Positions 1 through 12,600 of a stretch of 35,531 nt of DNA are shown one piece after another. The DNA is from Bugula neritina (taxonomy: Eukaryota > Animalia > Bryozoa): NCBI GenBank assembly GCA_964035545.1, contig CAXIUT010000179.1, forward strand, positions 1-35,531, read 5' to 3'. Position numbers and translations under genes: made by a program. Under the pieces are notes generated by a model. It had not been told where the DNA came from. It saw nothing but the letters and a program-made list of their open reading frames with translations, and did not search any database. How positions within the stretch are numbered: position 1 is the stretch's first letter; the number at the start of each line of letters is the position of its first letter.

Positions 1-87
1 CCCAACCCCAACCCCAACCCCAACCCCAACCCCAACCCCAACCCCAACCCCAACCCCAACCCCAACCCCAACCCCAACCCCAACCCC
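1..87 (+). repeat. Left telomere, (CCCCAA)n
   Basis: Perfect C4A2 hexamer array from base 1, ending cccc|gtaatt. This is the Tetrahymena-type oligohymenophorean telomere repeat. Confidence 0.99.
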
Positions 88-261
88 GTAATTAATAAAA
101 TAATCTATAAGATCTATGTAGATGATTAATGATCTTATCTATTTATACTTATAATCTTTGAATAATTATTCCATTTAAAGTTATTGATAATTAAACAAAG
201 AATATTGTTGAATAAAGGTTAAAATAATCATATTTAATTTGTATCTTGGATTTATTGAAGA

Positions 262-3200
262 ATGACCAATAAACCAAAAGAAATAGAACTAGAATAAAGA
301 CTACTTCCAAAAGATGGAAATTAAACAAACAAAAACAAACCTTTCGGGTGCAAGTATCTCGAGTACATCTTTACTTATTCAGACTCCTATTCGATCTCGA
401 TAACATCAAAGATAATATCAGCAATAAGATGATTTAAAATATAGGAGGAGACAAAGGTCTTGAAGAAAAACTCAAAACATCCAGATAAGTAATATTTTTA
501 TTACTCAGACAGGAATCACTGCAACCTCAGATGACAAAAATGATAGAATTAGCAAGTTTGGCAAAAATGATCCAGTGGTTAAATAACCTACCACTCTCTG
601 GGAAATGGTTCTTCAAAATTTCTAAGACCCCATGCTTCGTATTCTTTGCGTTGCAGCTGTAGTCTCCTTGACTCTAGGAATAGCCACTCATGGCTTAGCT
701 TAAGGATGGATTGAAGGATTTAGTATTTTGTTGGCTGTCATGATCATCACTGTAGTAGCATCAGGAAACAACTACATGAAAGAACAACAGTTCCGTAAAC
801 TCAATGAAGTTGCCTGTCGCAAAAATATAAATGTACTACGAAACGGCAAAATCCTAAACATGTCAGTTTATGAACTATTAGTAGGAGATATCGTTCATAT
901 TTAGACAGGAGAAATAATGTCAGTCGATGGAATGGTTATCTAAGGAAATAAATTATTCTTGGATGAAAGTTCATTAACAGGATAACCTAAACCTATCAAT
1001 AAAATACCTTTTCAAGATAAATGCAATACAGCTTCCTTTTTAATATCAGGAACTAAAGTTATCCAAGGTACAGGTAAGATGATAGTACTAGCAGTCGGAG
1101 TAAATACTTTCTAAAATAAATTAAGATTAAGATTACAATAAGAAGATGATAAAACTCCTCTTGAATAAAAATTATAAATATTAGCTGATCAGATAGGTAA
1201 AATGGGTATGGCAGCAGCAGGTCTTACTCTCATTGCCCTTAGTGGTCATTTAATAGTAGATTGTATTACAGGAAAACAATAAATTATCTTTATCTAGATT
1301 GTCAATAAACTAGTAGACTACATCATTATCTCTGTCAGTCTCATCGTCATGGCTGTACCCTAAGGTCTTCCTCTCGCTGTCACCATTTCACTAGCCTATA
1401 GCGTTGGCAAAATGAAAGATTAAAACAATTTGGTTCGATTCCTCACAGCCTGCTAAACTATGGGAGGAGCTAATAACATCTGCAGTGATAAAACAGGCAC
1501 ACTGACTAAAAATCAAATGACAGTTACTAAATTTTGGACTTTAGATCACATTTTTGATAAATTCAGTGCTGATGATAAAGCTCTAACACCCAATATCAAA
1601 GAATTACTCGGATATGGAATATCTCTCAACTCAGATGCCCATCCTATCAAAAAAGAAGGAAGATTCTAACAAATTGGCAATAAAACAGAATGCGCTCTTT
1701 TGGAAATGATCGATAAGTTAGGCTATCGTTTTGATACCATCAGAAAAGAAATAAAACCTATCAATACAGCTCCTTTCAGTTCAGATAGAAAAAGAATGTC
1801 AGTGGTTTACTATCTCAATTAAAAACAAAGATATTATCTCTTTTCGAAAGGTGCACCTTAAATACTCTTAGAAAACTGCAAATACTATATAAACAAAGTC
1901 AACACTATTACTCCTATTGATAATCCTTGGAAATAATAATTCCAAAAAGTTGTGACTTAATTTTCATCTCAATCACTTAGAACTATCCTCCTTTGCTATC
2001 GATAAATATCCAAAGAAGAATCAACAGTTAAATAAGCATAAACTCTTTAATAAAACCTGATAGTAGTTGGTGTAGCTGGTATCAAAGATCCTCTCAAAGA
2101 TTCTATACCATAGGCAGTCTTCAATTGTAAAAAGGCTGGTATTACTGTTAGAATGGTAACAGGTGACAACATGTAAACTGCTACAGCTATTGCCAAAGAA
2201 GCTCATATAATTCCTTCAGGATTTACAAGACCTACAGTTCAAGGAGTCAGAAATTACTACGTAGTTATGTAAGGTAAAGAATTCAGACATACTGTTGGAT
2301 AAATAAAAAAATAACAGATATTAAAAGGAGATTTAGATTACCAAGGTGATGAAGAATAAAAAAAGAATGGACCACAATTTAGATAATTAGTTCCAGATCT
2401 TTAAAAATTCAAATAAGTTACAAACTAGTTAAGAATTCTAGCTAGATCATCTCCAGATGATAAATATCTACTTGCCACTGGTCTTAAACAACTTGGCAAC
2501 GTCGTAGCTATGACTGGTGATGGAACAAATGATGCTCCAGCTCTCAAAAAAGCAGATATTGGTTTTGCTATGGGTATTGCAGGTACAGAAGTGGCCAAAT
2601 AAGCTGCAGGTATTATCCTTCTTGACGATAACTTCAGTTCTATTATCACTGCAGTTAAGTACGGTAGAAATATATTTGACTGTATTAGAAAATTCCTTCA
2701 GTTCCAGTTAACTGTAAATGTAGTAGCTATTTGTATGGCTTTTATGGGCGCAGCTATCTTGAAAAAATCTCCTCTCACTCCAGTACAAATGCTTTGGGTC
2801 AACTTGATCATGGACACTTTGGCAGCTCTTGCCCTAGCTACTGAACCACCATCAAATGAACTACTAAAAAGAATGCCCTATTCCAGAACAGAACATATGG
2901 TTACCCCTCAAATGTGGAGAGGAATCGTTTTCAACAGTATCTATCAAGTCGTATTATTAACTATTATTCTTTTCGAAGGTCATAAACTCTTTATGGTGCC
3001 TCACTTCACATAGGATATTTAAGATGGGCAACATCTATCATTGTTCTTCAATATATTTGTCTATCTCCAAGTGTTTAACTTCCTCAATTGCAGAAAACTC
3101 AAGAAATAATAACTAAATGTCTTCGCAGACTTCTTCGATAACTATCTTTTCATCTTCATCGTGGTTGGTATTTTCGTGAGTCAACTTTTCATCATGTAAT

Positions 3201-3463
3201 TCGGAGGAAAAACATTCCAAATAGTACCACTTTCTACTGAACAGCATGTTTACAGCATAATTCTAGGAGCAACTGGGGTGATATGGAACGGCATAATAAA
3301 GGTATTTATTCCTGATTCCTTTATGAACAATTTCTAATTGTTAAAACAAGATCAAAACGATGAAATAATCAATGTAGACAGTATTTTCTAGAGATGGGAA
3401 AAACATCCAGCCACCTAAAGAAGAAAATCAAAAATGAGCAGCAGAAAAAGCAAACAAAATTGA
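262..3463 (+). CDS. PMCA: Plasma-membrane Ca2+-transporting P2B ATPase, ~1053 aa; join(262..362,383..488,509..3463)
   Basis: With UAR=Glu the motifs read [37 protein letters not shown] (phospho-Asp), [40 protein letters not shown] and [11 protein letters not shown]. Two 20-nt introns restore the frame. Ends at TGA 3461-3463. Confidence 0.96.
363..382 (+). other. 20-nt spliceosomal intron (PMCA)
   Basis: gtacatctttacttattcag; needed to avoid a premature TGA. An alternative upstream donor giving 29 nt is also frame-compatible. Confidence 0.8.
489..508 (+). other. 20-nt intron (PMCA)
   Basis: gtaatatttttattactcag; restores the frame. Confidence 0.88.
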
Positions 3464-3690
3464 TTCATCACATTTATAAATATATAACTTATCATACCTA
3501 TCATCACATGTTTTATTATAGTAGAATAAATAAATAATATCAATTAAAAGGTTGTGAGTAATTAGAGATAAAGATTAACTTTTAGATCTCAATTATTTAT
3601 CAAAAAATAATTTAAAACTAAATAATGTAATAAAGGAAATAAATTATAATATTAATTGTTCATTTAAAAAGGTTGTTAAAAGAAACATAA

Positions 3691-6600
3691 TCACTATTAA
3701 TCTTATGAAACATAATCTTTAACCTCTTCAATTGAATTTTCAACTTACTCAATTTTATTTGAAGCCTTTTCAATTTAATTTTAGCTTTATTCAACATAAT
3801 TTCCTATATTTTAAACCCCTTCAACTCCCTACATTTAACTATCAACCTAATCATCAACCTGATCATCAATTTCATTTTCAACTTCATCAATATAATTATT
3901 CACCTATTAAACCTATATTTATTCCTCTGATATTTCTTAAATTGATTTTTAGTCTGATTTGTTTTAATTCTCTGTTTTTTATAAAGATTTTTTAGTTGAT
4001 TCATATTTACCTGATTTTTAAGAACTATCTTACTAATGATAACTTCTTGAATTAGAAATATAGCTTTAAGATTTATAAAAAATATTATCTATTTTTTAAA
4101 GATCATCGATTTGTTTTTATTTTTATTATTAATATTCTGACCTTTCAATATATGATCTTACATGATAGAATATATTGCTCTCACCTTAACTATGATTTAT
4201 TTCCTATAATGTCTCATTTTTAGTATCTTTTAAACCAATCATTTGTTCACTCGATTTTTATTATTAGATATCCTATCTAAAACAACACTATTTAATAAAT
4301 CTATATATTTCATATACCAAAACCATCAAACTAACCACCAAACTGATCATTATAAAAGAATACATCCAATATGCGGGAGAGTATATCGTCGCTGTATCTA
4401 ATATTGATGATGTACTCTTCATCGATCTGTAATACATAGCTACAAACAGGATTATAAATTGAGTTATGTGACAAATATTTGCTCTGTAGTTATGATAGGC
4501 TTTACTAAAAGGTAAATTTACCAAATTATACAGCAAAAATATAATAGAAATAGCCAAAACTATCAAAGTAGAAAGATCACTTTAATTTTAACTTGAAAGA
4601 TAAAGGCCTAAAGCCATTCTATAAAATATTGTAACTACAAAATATGTTCGACTGAGATAATCTCTTTTTAATTTATTTTTATATTCACCAAATCCAGATT
4701 ATTAAGTACATTAAAGTGCAAATACCATGAGTATAGGTATAACTAGAGTTGAGATAGCTGCCAAAGTACCTAGGAAGTAGAGTTAGTCGTTGGTGGGGGC
4801 ATATCTAAAATGTATTCCTGCAGAGTAGGCAAAGTTAAGTTAATTGAAGAGAATAAGAGTGAGAAGAACTTCTTTTAGAATTCTTTGTGAGAATTTAAGA
4901 AGAGTAGGTGCACATTTCATGCAGCAGCAAGTTAAGAGATAGAGAAAGAATCCTATAATAAGAATAAAGATAACTACAATGATCATAATATTGCAGTTAC
5001 GAATAAAATTAGCTTTGTAATTAATATTATGGATTCTTTAAGGAGTATTCGAAGAGAGAAGAAGTCTACCAGTACTACTACTTTATTCTTTGAGATCAAG
5101 ATTGAATCCATTGACTCCTTGAAGACCTTTTAAAGGCTATATCATTAAATTTATATTATCATAACTGCCAAGAGATAGAAAAGATAACTGCAAGACACCA
5201 AACAATTCAATTCCTATGATTTTACATGGAAGAGACGAAAGGAGAAGAGCAGCATAGGAAGAATACTAAACAACATCAACCAAAGTTTATATTTGTTACT
5301 GTCCTTAACAATCATCTTAAGAGTAATAGATAACTGGCTCATTATTGCTAGAATCGATAGTAAATAATAAAGAAGTTAATGCTAGATTGCTCACATTAGG
5401 GATGCAAAGAGTTGACGGGTCGAAGTCGAATTGAGCAATATCATCTTAAATGGTTTGGTTGATCAAAAATGTATAAATGATCTTTTAATTTTAGATAACA
5501 TAGTGTTAATAGATAGCACTAAGATTATGAAAAGATAGCAGCTGTTCGAGGTCACAATGACTAACAAATTAAGTACCTGTAAGTTAAAACTAGATCTATA
5601 TTTGATTACAAGAATACTCAATTCGACTAAAAACAATACCAAATCTATCGCTTTGCATCGTGCAGGTACTATTAACACTTCCTAAAGGATTATTAATACA
5701 TTGGTAATTAACTTATACCTGACAGGTACTACTGCATCCATCTCCATCAATAGTATTGCCATCATCACAAGTCTAATAGCCATTAGTATAGCCATCGCCG
5801 CAGATGATCTATTGGCATTAGCTGGTCGAATTGATGAAATGAGATGAAAAGCATTGAGAACAGGTTGTCAAATTCATGCAAAGTGAACAGTTAGAAAGAG
5901 AACATAATTAACAATGAGTACTGTTATCGAAATAGTTATTAACATTGCTACAAATACACAGACCAGATGAATAGGTATAAATAGGTACCTGACATACAAG
6001 ACAGTTAGTCAAATTAGTGCATATGTCACAACCATTTCCACAAATATGACATCTTCCCTGTTAAAGATAGTAACCAGATTTGCAAATTGAACATTAAAAC
6101 CCTGAAGTATTTAGAGAAGAACCATAAGAACAGGTTAAACAATTTTAAGTGTATGTTCCATATATAGAGGAGTTAAAAGAACCACAAACGTTGCATCTAG
6201 AATTCTAAGAACTGGCAAAAAGACCTTGACTAGGGTCACATTAGCATAGATTATTCATCAAAGAAAAAGTTAATTGGCAAGTATAACAAGTATTGCTATT
6301 AAGACAGGTCAGACAATTGATCGGACAATTATAACAAGTACTGTTCTAGTAAAACTGAGTAGAACTACATCCAGCTGTATTATCGCAACTCGAAGTAGCA
6401 TTGTTAAAGCTATACCCTGAAAGACAAGAAAAACATGTCGAACTGTTACTACAAGTAAGACATCCAATAGGACAGTTATCACATGATCCATTGTTTAGCA
6501 TAAAAGTATCTGAGCATACACTACATGATGTAGTCATTTGGTTGCAGATAAGACAGCCAGATATAACTGAACTACAGCTGAGACAAGTTCCATTGATTTA

Positions 6601-9600
6601 TAGTTAGTTATTGGCTGAATTACAAACACATAAACCTTGAATTAAAGTGAAAGTTGATTTGCATATCAGGCAGTTATTTATATCACAAGAAGTACAACTA
6701 TAATTGCAAGGTAAACAACTTGAGTTCAACAGATAGAAACCTATTTAACAGTTAATGCAGTCTTCTTTAAGGATTGTAGTATTGTCTGTAGTGTTTGTTA
6801 TGTTTACATTACCACATTGGATACAATTTGGATCAATATTAGATAGTGAATTACAAGTCTCCTAAAGAATACAAGAGCCATTGTTTATAAAAAAGCCAGG
6901 AGAGCAGGTAAAACAGCTAAAAGAATCACAAGTTTAACAATTAATAGGACACAAAAGACAAGTTATATTTAATGGAGACTAGAGATAAGTGGTCAAAACA
7001 CAGGAAAGACAAGTAACTGAAGAGACATTTTGGTCACACTGAAGGCAGTTAGTGATGATTGAAGAGCAAGCAGTGCAGCTTCCGCCTCCTACATCATACA
7101 TTTAAGCAGTATTATTACATTGACATGTGTTATTAATAATTACAAAAGTAGCTTAACACTCAAGGCAAGAAGTGCTAGAGGTGCAGTTAAGACAGTAAGT
7201 AGAACAAGGACTACAAGTAGAGTTGCTATCGGTGAAGTAGTTGTTGAGACAGAGCGAACAAATAACGTCAGAAGTTGCATTTGTTGAACAAATAGAACAA
7301 GAAGATATTAGTGTTGAACACTGCTGACAAGTCATGGAAGTAGAGTCCAAAAAATATTGATTACTTTAGTCACAGAGACAAGAACCGTTAAGCAAAGTGT
7401 ATGTAGAGACACAAGAAGTAGAGTTTTCTGCTGAATCACAGGCTGTGGAATTGCTGGGACAAAGTTAACAACTGCCTGAAGTATTGAGATAGCTTCCTGT
7501 TAGACATGAAAGACAAGAAGAAGAGTAAAGACCACTACTACAAAGAGTACAATTAGAGAATATTTCATTACAAAGACTACAAGTTTAGTTGATTGAACTG
7601 TAGTATTGACCAGAACTGTTATCACACTCACAATTAGGCAAGACATAGACAAAAGGAGAAAGGCAAGTTAAACAGTAAGAAGTATTTAAGCAAGAACTAC
7701 AGCCAATAGGACAAGTTTAACAGAGGTTACTGGCATTAAGGAAGAAACCTGACTAGCATTAAAAGCAAGTAGTAGCATTGCAGATAGTACAGTTAGAAGC
7801 AAGTGTTGAACATGAAGAGCAATCATCACAAGTACAAGTACTGCCTGACAGTGAAAAACCTACAATGCAACTGAGACAAGTCGTTTAGTTCGAACAACTA
7901 GTGCATTATTGAGGACAGAGAGTACAGTAAGTAGAAGAAGTATAGTAAGGATCTTAACAAAGAGAACAGATCAAAGAAGGTGTTTATGAACAAGTAATAC
8001 AGTTAGAAATAACTGAGTTACAAAGAATGCATTGATTGCTTGAAGAGTCTAAGTACTAATTAGTTGAGTTACAGACACAATCAGTGCCATTGTTCGTGAA
8101 AGTAGAGTTACATTGATGACAGTTGATAGCTGAAGAACAATTGAGACAAAAGATACTACAAACTTGGCAAGAAGTCGTATCAGGATAGTAACCTTGAGCA
8201 CAGCTAAGACAGTTAAGGTTTCCTACTGAAATTTAATTACAAGTAAGGCAGTTAGAAATCACTTAAGAACATAGAGAACAAGAGGCAGGAGAAGTTGAAG
8301 TGTTGAGATAAAGTTCTACACTACTATCGCAAATGCATTCAGTATTTAAGATAGAAAATGTACTTGATTCACACTGAAGACAACTAGTTTAAGTACAATC
8401 AAGGCAGTAAGCAGCACAAGTCTCACATACTAAAGTGGTTGAATTGAAAAATAAACCTGTTGAGCAAGAAAGACAAATAACTGAAGAGACATTTTGGTCA
8501 CACTGAAGGCAGTTAGTGATGATTGAAGAGCAAGCAGTGCAGCTTCCGCCTCCTACATCATACATTTAAGCAGTATTATTACATTGACATGTGTTATTAA
8601 TAATTACAAAAGTAGCTTAACACTCAAGGCAAGAAGTGCTAGAGGTGCAGTTAAGACAGTAAGTAGAACAAGGACTACAAGTAGAGTTGCTATCGGTGAA
8701 GTAGTTGTTGAGACAGAGCGAACAAATAACGTCAGAAGTTGCATTTGTTGAACAAATAGAACAAGAAGATATTAGTGTTGAACACTGCTGACAAGTCATG
8801 GAAGTAGAGTCCAAAAAATATTGATTACTTTAGTCACAGAGACAAGAACCGTTAAGCAAAGTGTATGTAGAGACACAAGAAGTAGAGTTTTCTGCTGAAT
8901 CACAGGCTGTGGAATTGCTGGGACAAAGTTAACAACTGCCTGAAGTATTGAGATAGCTTCCTGTTAGACATGAAAGACAAGAAGAAGAGTAAAGACCACT
9001 ACTACAAAGAGTACAATTAGAGAATATTTCATTACAAAGACTACAAGTTTAGTTGATTGAACTGTAGTATTGACCAGAACTGTTATCACACTCACAATTA
9101 GGCAAGACATAGACAAAAGGAGAAAGGCAAGTTAAACAGTAAGAAGTATTTAAGCAAGAACTACAGCCAATAGGACAAGTTTAACAGAGGTTACTGGCAT
9201 TAAGGAAGAAACCTGACTAGCATTAAAAGCAAGTAGTAGCATTGCAGATATTACAGTTAGAAACAAGTGTTGAACATGAAGAGCAATCATCACAAGTACA
9301 AGTACTGCCTGACAGTGAAAAACCTACAATGCAACTGAGACAAGTCGTTTAGTTCGAACAACTAGTGCATTATTGAGGACAGAGAGTACAGTAAGTAGAA
9401 GAAGTATAGTAAGGATCTTAACAAAGAGAACAGATCAAAGAAGGTGTTTATGAACAAGTAATACAGTTAGAAATAACTGAGTTACAAAGAATGCATTGAT
9501 TGCTTGAAGAGTCTAAGTACTAATTAGTTGAGTTACAGACACAATCAGTGCCATTGTTCGTGAAAGTAGAGTTACATTGATGACAGTTGATAGCTGAAGA

Positions 9601-12600
9601 ACAATTGAGACAAAAGATACTACAAACTTGGCAAGAAGTCGTATCAGGATAGTAACCTTGAGCACAGCTAAGACAGTTAAGGTTTCCTACTGAAATTTAA
9701 TTACAAGTAAGACAGTTAGAAATCACTTAAGAACATAGAGAACAAGAGGCAGGAGAAGTTGAAGTGTTGAGATAAAGTTCTACACTACTATCGCAAATGC
9801 ATTCAGTATTTAAGATAGAAAATGTACTTGATTCACACTGAAGACAACTAGTTTAAGTACAATCAAGGCAGTAAGCAGCACAAGTCTCACATACTAAAGT
9901 GGTTGAATTGAAAAATAAACCTGTTGAGCAAGAAAGACAAATAACTGAAGAGACATTTTGGTCACACTGAAGGCAGTTAGTGATGATTGAAGAGCAAGCA
10001 GTGCAGCTTCCGCCTCCTACATCATACATTTAAGCAGTATTATTACATTGACATGTGTTATTAATAATTACAAAAGTAGCTTAACACTCAAGGCAAGAAG
10101 TGCTAGAGGTGCAGTTAAGACAGTAAGTAGAACAAGGACTACAAGTAGAGTTGCTATCGGTGAAGTAGTTGTTGAGACAGAGCGAACAAATAACGTCAGA
10201 AGTTGCATTTGTTGAACAAATAGAACAAGAAGATATTAGTGTTGAACACTGCTGACAAGTCATGGAAGTAGAGTCCAAAAAATATTGATTACTTTAGTCA
10301 CAGAGACAAGAACCGTTAAGCAAAGTGTATGTAGAGACACAAGAAGTAGAGTTTTCTGCTGAATCACAGGCTGTGGAATTGCTGGGACAAAGTTAACAAC
10401 TGCCTGAAGTATTGAGATAGCTTCCTGTTAGACATGAAAGACAAGAAGAAGAGTAAAGACCACTACTACAAAGAGTACAATTAGAGAATATTTCATTACA
10501 AAGACTACAAGTTTAGTTGATTGAACTGTAGTATTGACCAGAACTGTTATCACACTCACAATTAGGCAAGACATAGACAAAAGGAGAAAGGCAAGTTAAA
10601 CAGTAAGAAGTATTTAAGCAAGAACTACAGCCAATAGGACAAGTTTAACAGAGGTTACTGGCATTAAGGAAGAAACCTGACTAGCATTAAAAGCAAGTAG
10701 TAGCATTGCAGATAGTACAGTTAGAAACAAGTGTTGAACATGAAGAGCAATCATCACAAGTACAAGTACTGCCTGACAGTGAAAAACCTACAATGCAACT
10801 GAGACAAGTCGTTTAGTTCGAACAACTAGTGCATTATTGAGGACAGAGAGTACAGTAAGTAGAAGAAGTATAGTAAGGATCTTAACAAAGAGAACAGATC
10901 AAAGAAGGTGTTTATGAACAAGTAATACAGTTAGAAATAACTGAGTTACAAAGAATGCATTGATTGCTTGAAGAGTCTAAGTACTAATTAGTTGAGTTAC
11001 AGACACAATCAGTGCCATTGTTCGTGAAAGTAGAGTTACATTGATGACAGTTGATAGCTGAAGAACAATTGAGACAAAAGATACTACAAACTTGGCAAGA
11101 AGTCGTATCAGGATAGTAACCTTGAGCACAGCTAAGACAGTTAAGGTTTCCTACTGAAATTTAATTACAAGTAAGGCAGTTAGAAATCACTTAAGAACAT
11201 AGAGAACAAGAGGCAGGAGAAGTTGAAGTGTTGAGATAAAGTTCTACACTACTATCGCAAATGCATTCAGTATTTAAGATAGAAAATGTACTTGATTCAC
11301 ACTGAAGACAACTAGTTTAAGTACAATCAAGGCAGTAAGCAGCACAAGTCTCACATACTAAAGTGGTTGAATTGAAAAATAAACCTGTTGAGCAAGAAAG
11401 ACAAATAACTGAAGAGACATTTTGGTCACACTGAAGGCAGTTAGTGATGATTGAAGAGCAAGCAGTGCAGCTTCCGCCTCCTACATCATACATTTAAGCA
11501 GTATTATTACATTGACATGTGTTATTAATAATTACAAAAGTAGCTTAACACTCAAGGCAAGAAGTGCTAGAGGTGCAGTTAAGACAGTAAGTAGAACAAG
11601 GACTACAAGTAGAGTTGCTATCGGTGAAGTAGTTGTTGAGACAGAGCGAACAAATAACGTCAGAAGTTGCATTTGTTGAACAAATAGAACAAGAAGATAT
11701 TAGTGTTGAACACTGCTGACAAGTCATGGAAGTAGAGTCCAAAAAATATTGATTACTTTAGTCACAGAGACAAGAACCGTTAAGCAAAGTGTATGTAGAG
11801 ACACAAGAAGTAGAGTTTTCTGCTGAATCACAGGCTGTGGAATTGCTGGGACAAAGTTAACAACTGCCTGAAGTATTGAGATAGCTTCCTGTTAGACATG
11901 AAAGACAAGAAGAAGAGTAAAGACCACTACTACAAAGAGTACAATTAGAGAATATTTCATTACAAAGACTACAAGTTTAGTTGATTGAACTGTAGTATTG
12001 ACCAGAACTGTTATCACACTCACAATTAGGCAAGACATAGACAAAAGGAGAAAGGCAAGTTAAACAGTAAGAAGTATTTAAGCAAGAACTACAGCCAATA
12101 GGACAAGTTTAACAGAGGTTACTGGCATTAAGGAAGAAACCTGACTAGCATTAAAAGCAAGTAGTAGCATTGCAGATATTACAGTTAGAAACAAGTGTTG
12201 AACATGAAGAGCAATCATCACAAGTACAAGTACTGCCTGACAGTGAAAAACCTACAATGCAACTGAGACAAGTCGTTTAGTTCGAACAACTAGTGCATTA
12301 TTGAGGACAGAGAGTACAGTAAGTAGAAGAAGTATAGTAAGGATCTTAACAAAGAGAACAGATCAAAGAAGGTGTTTATGAACAAGTAATACAGTTAGAA
12401 ATAACTGAGTTACAAAGAATGCATTGATTGCTTGAAGAGTCTAAGTACTAATTAGTTGAGTTACAGACACAATCAGTGCCATTGTTCGTGAAAGTAGAGT
12501 TACATTGATGACAGTTGATAGCTGAAGAACAATTGAGACAAAAGATACTACAAACTTGGCAAGAAGTCGTATCAGGATAGTAACCTTGAGCACAGCTAAG

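Noticed and set aside
88-140. Shared subtelomeric motif at the two ends
   Set aside because: The left flank (gtaattaataaa...) and the reverse-complemented right flank (tggattccataa...) show no convincing common motif by eye.
1361-1363. Standard ciliate code 6 (UAR=Gln), or split UAA/UAG meanings
   Set aside because: Both codons map to invariant Glu (PEGL, catalytic GCN5 Glu, MCM MEQQ). One ACL4 site where homologs often have Gln is insufficient to outweigh this.
262-3463. Pseudogene interpretation of PMCA and other genes because of many in-frame TAA/TAG
   Set aside because: The apparent stops fall on conserved Glu positions, and the frameshifts are all explained by GT-AG micro-introns.
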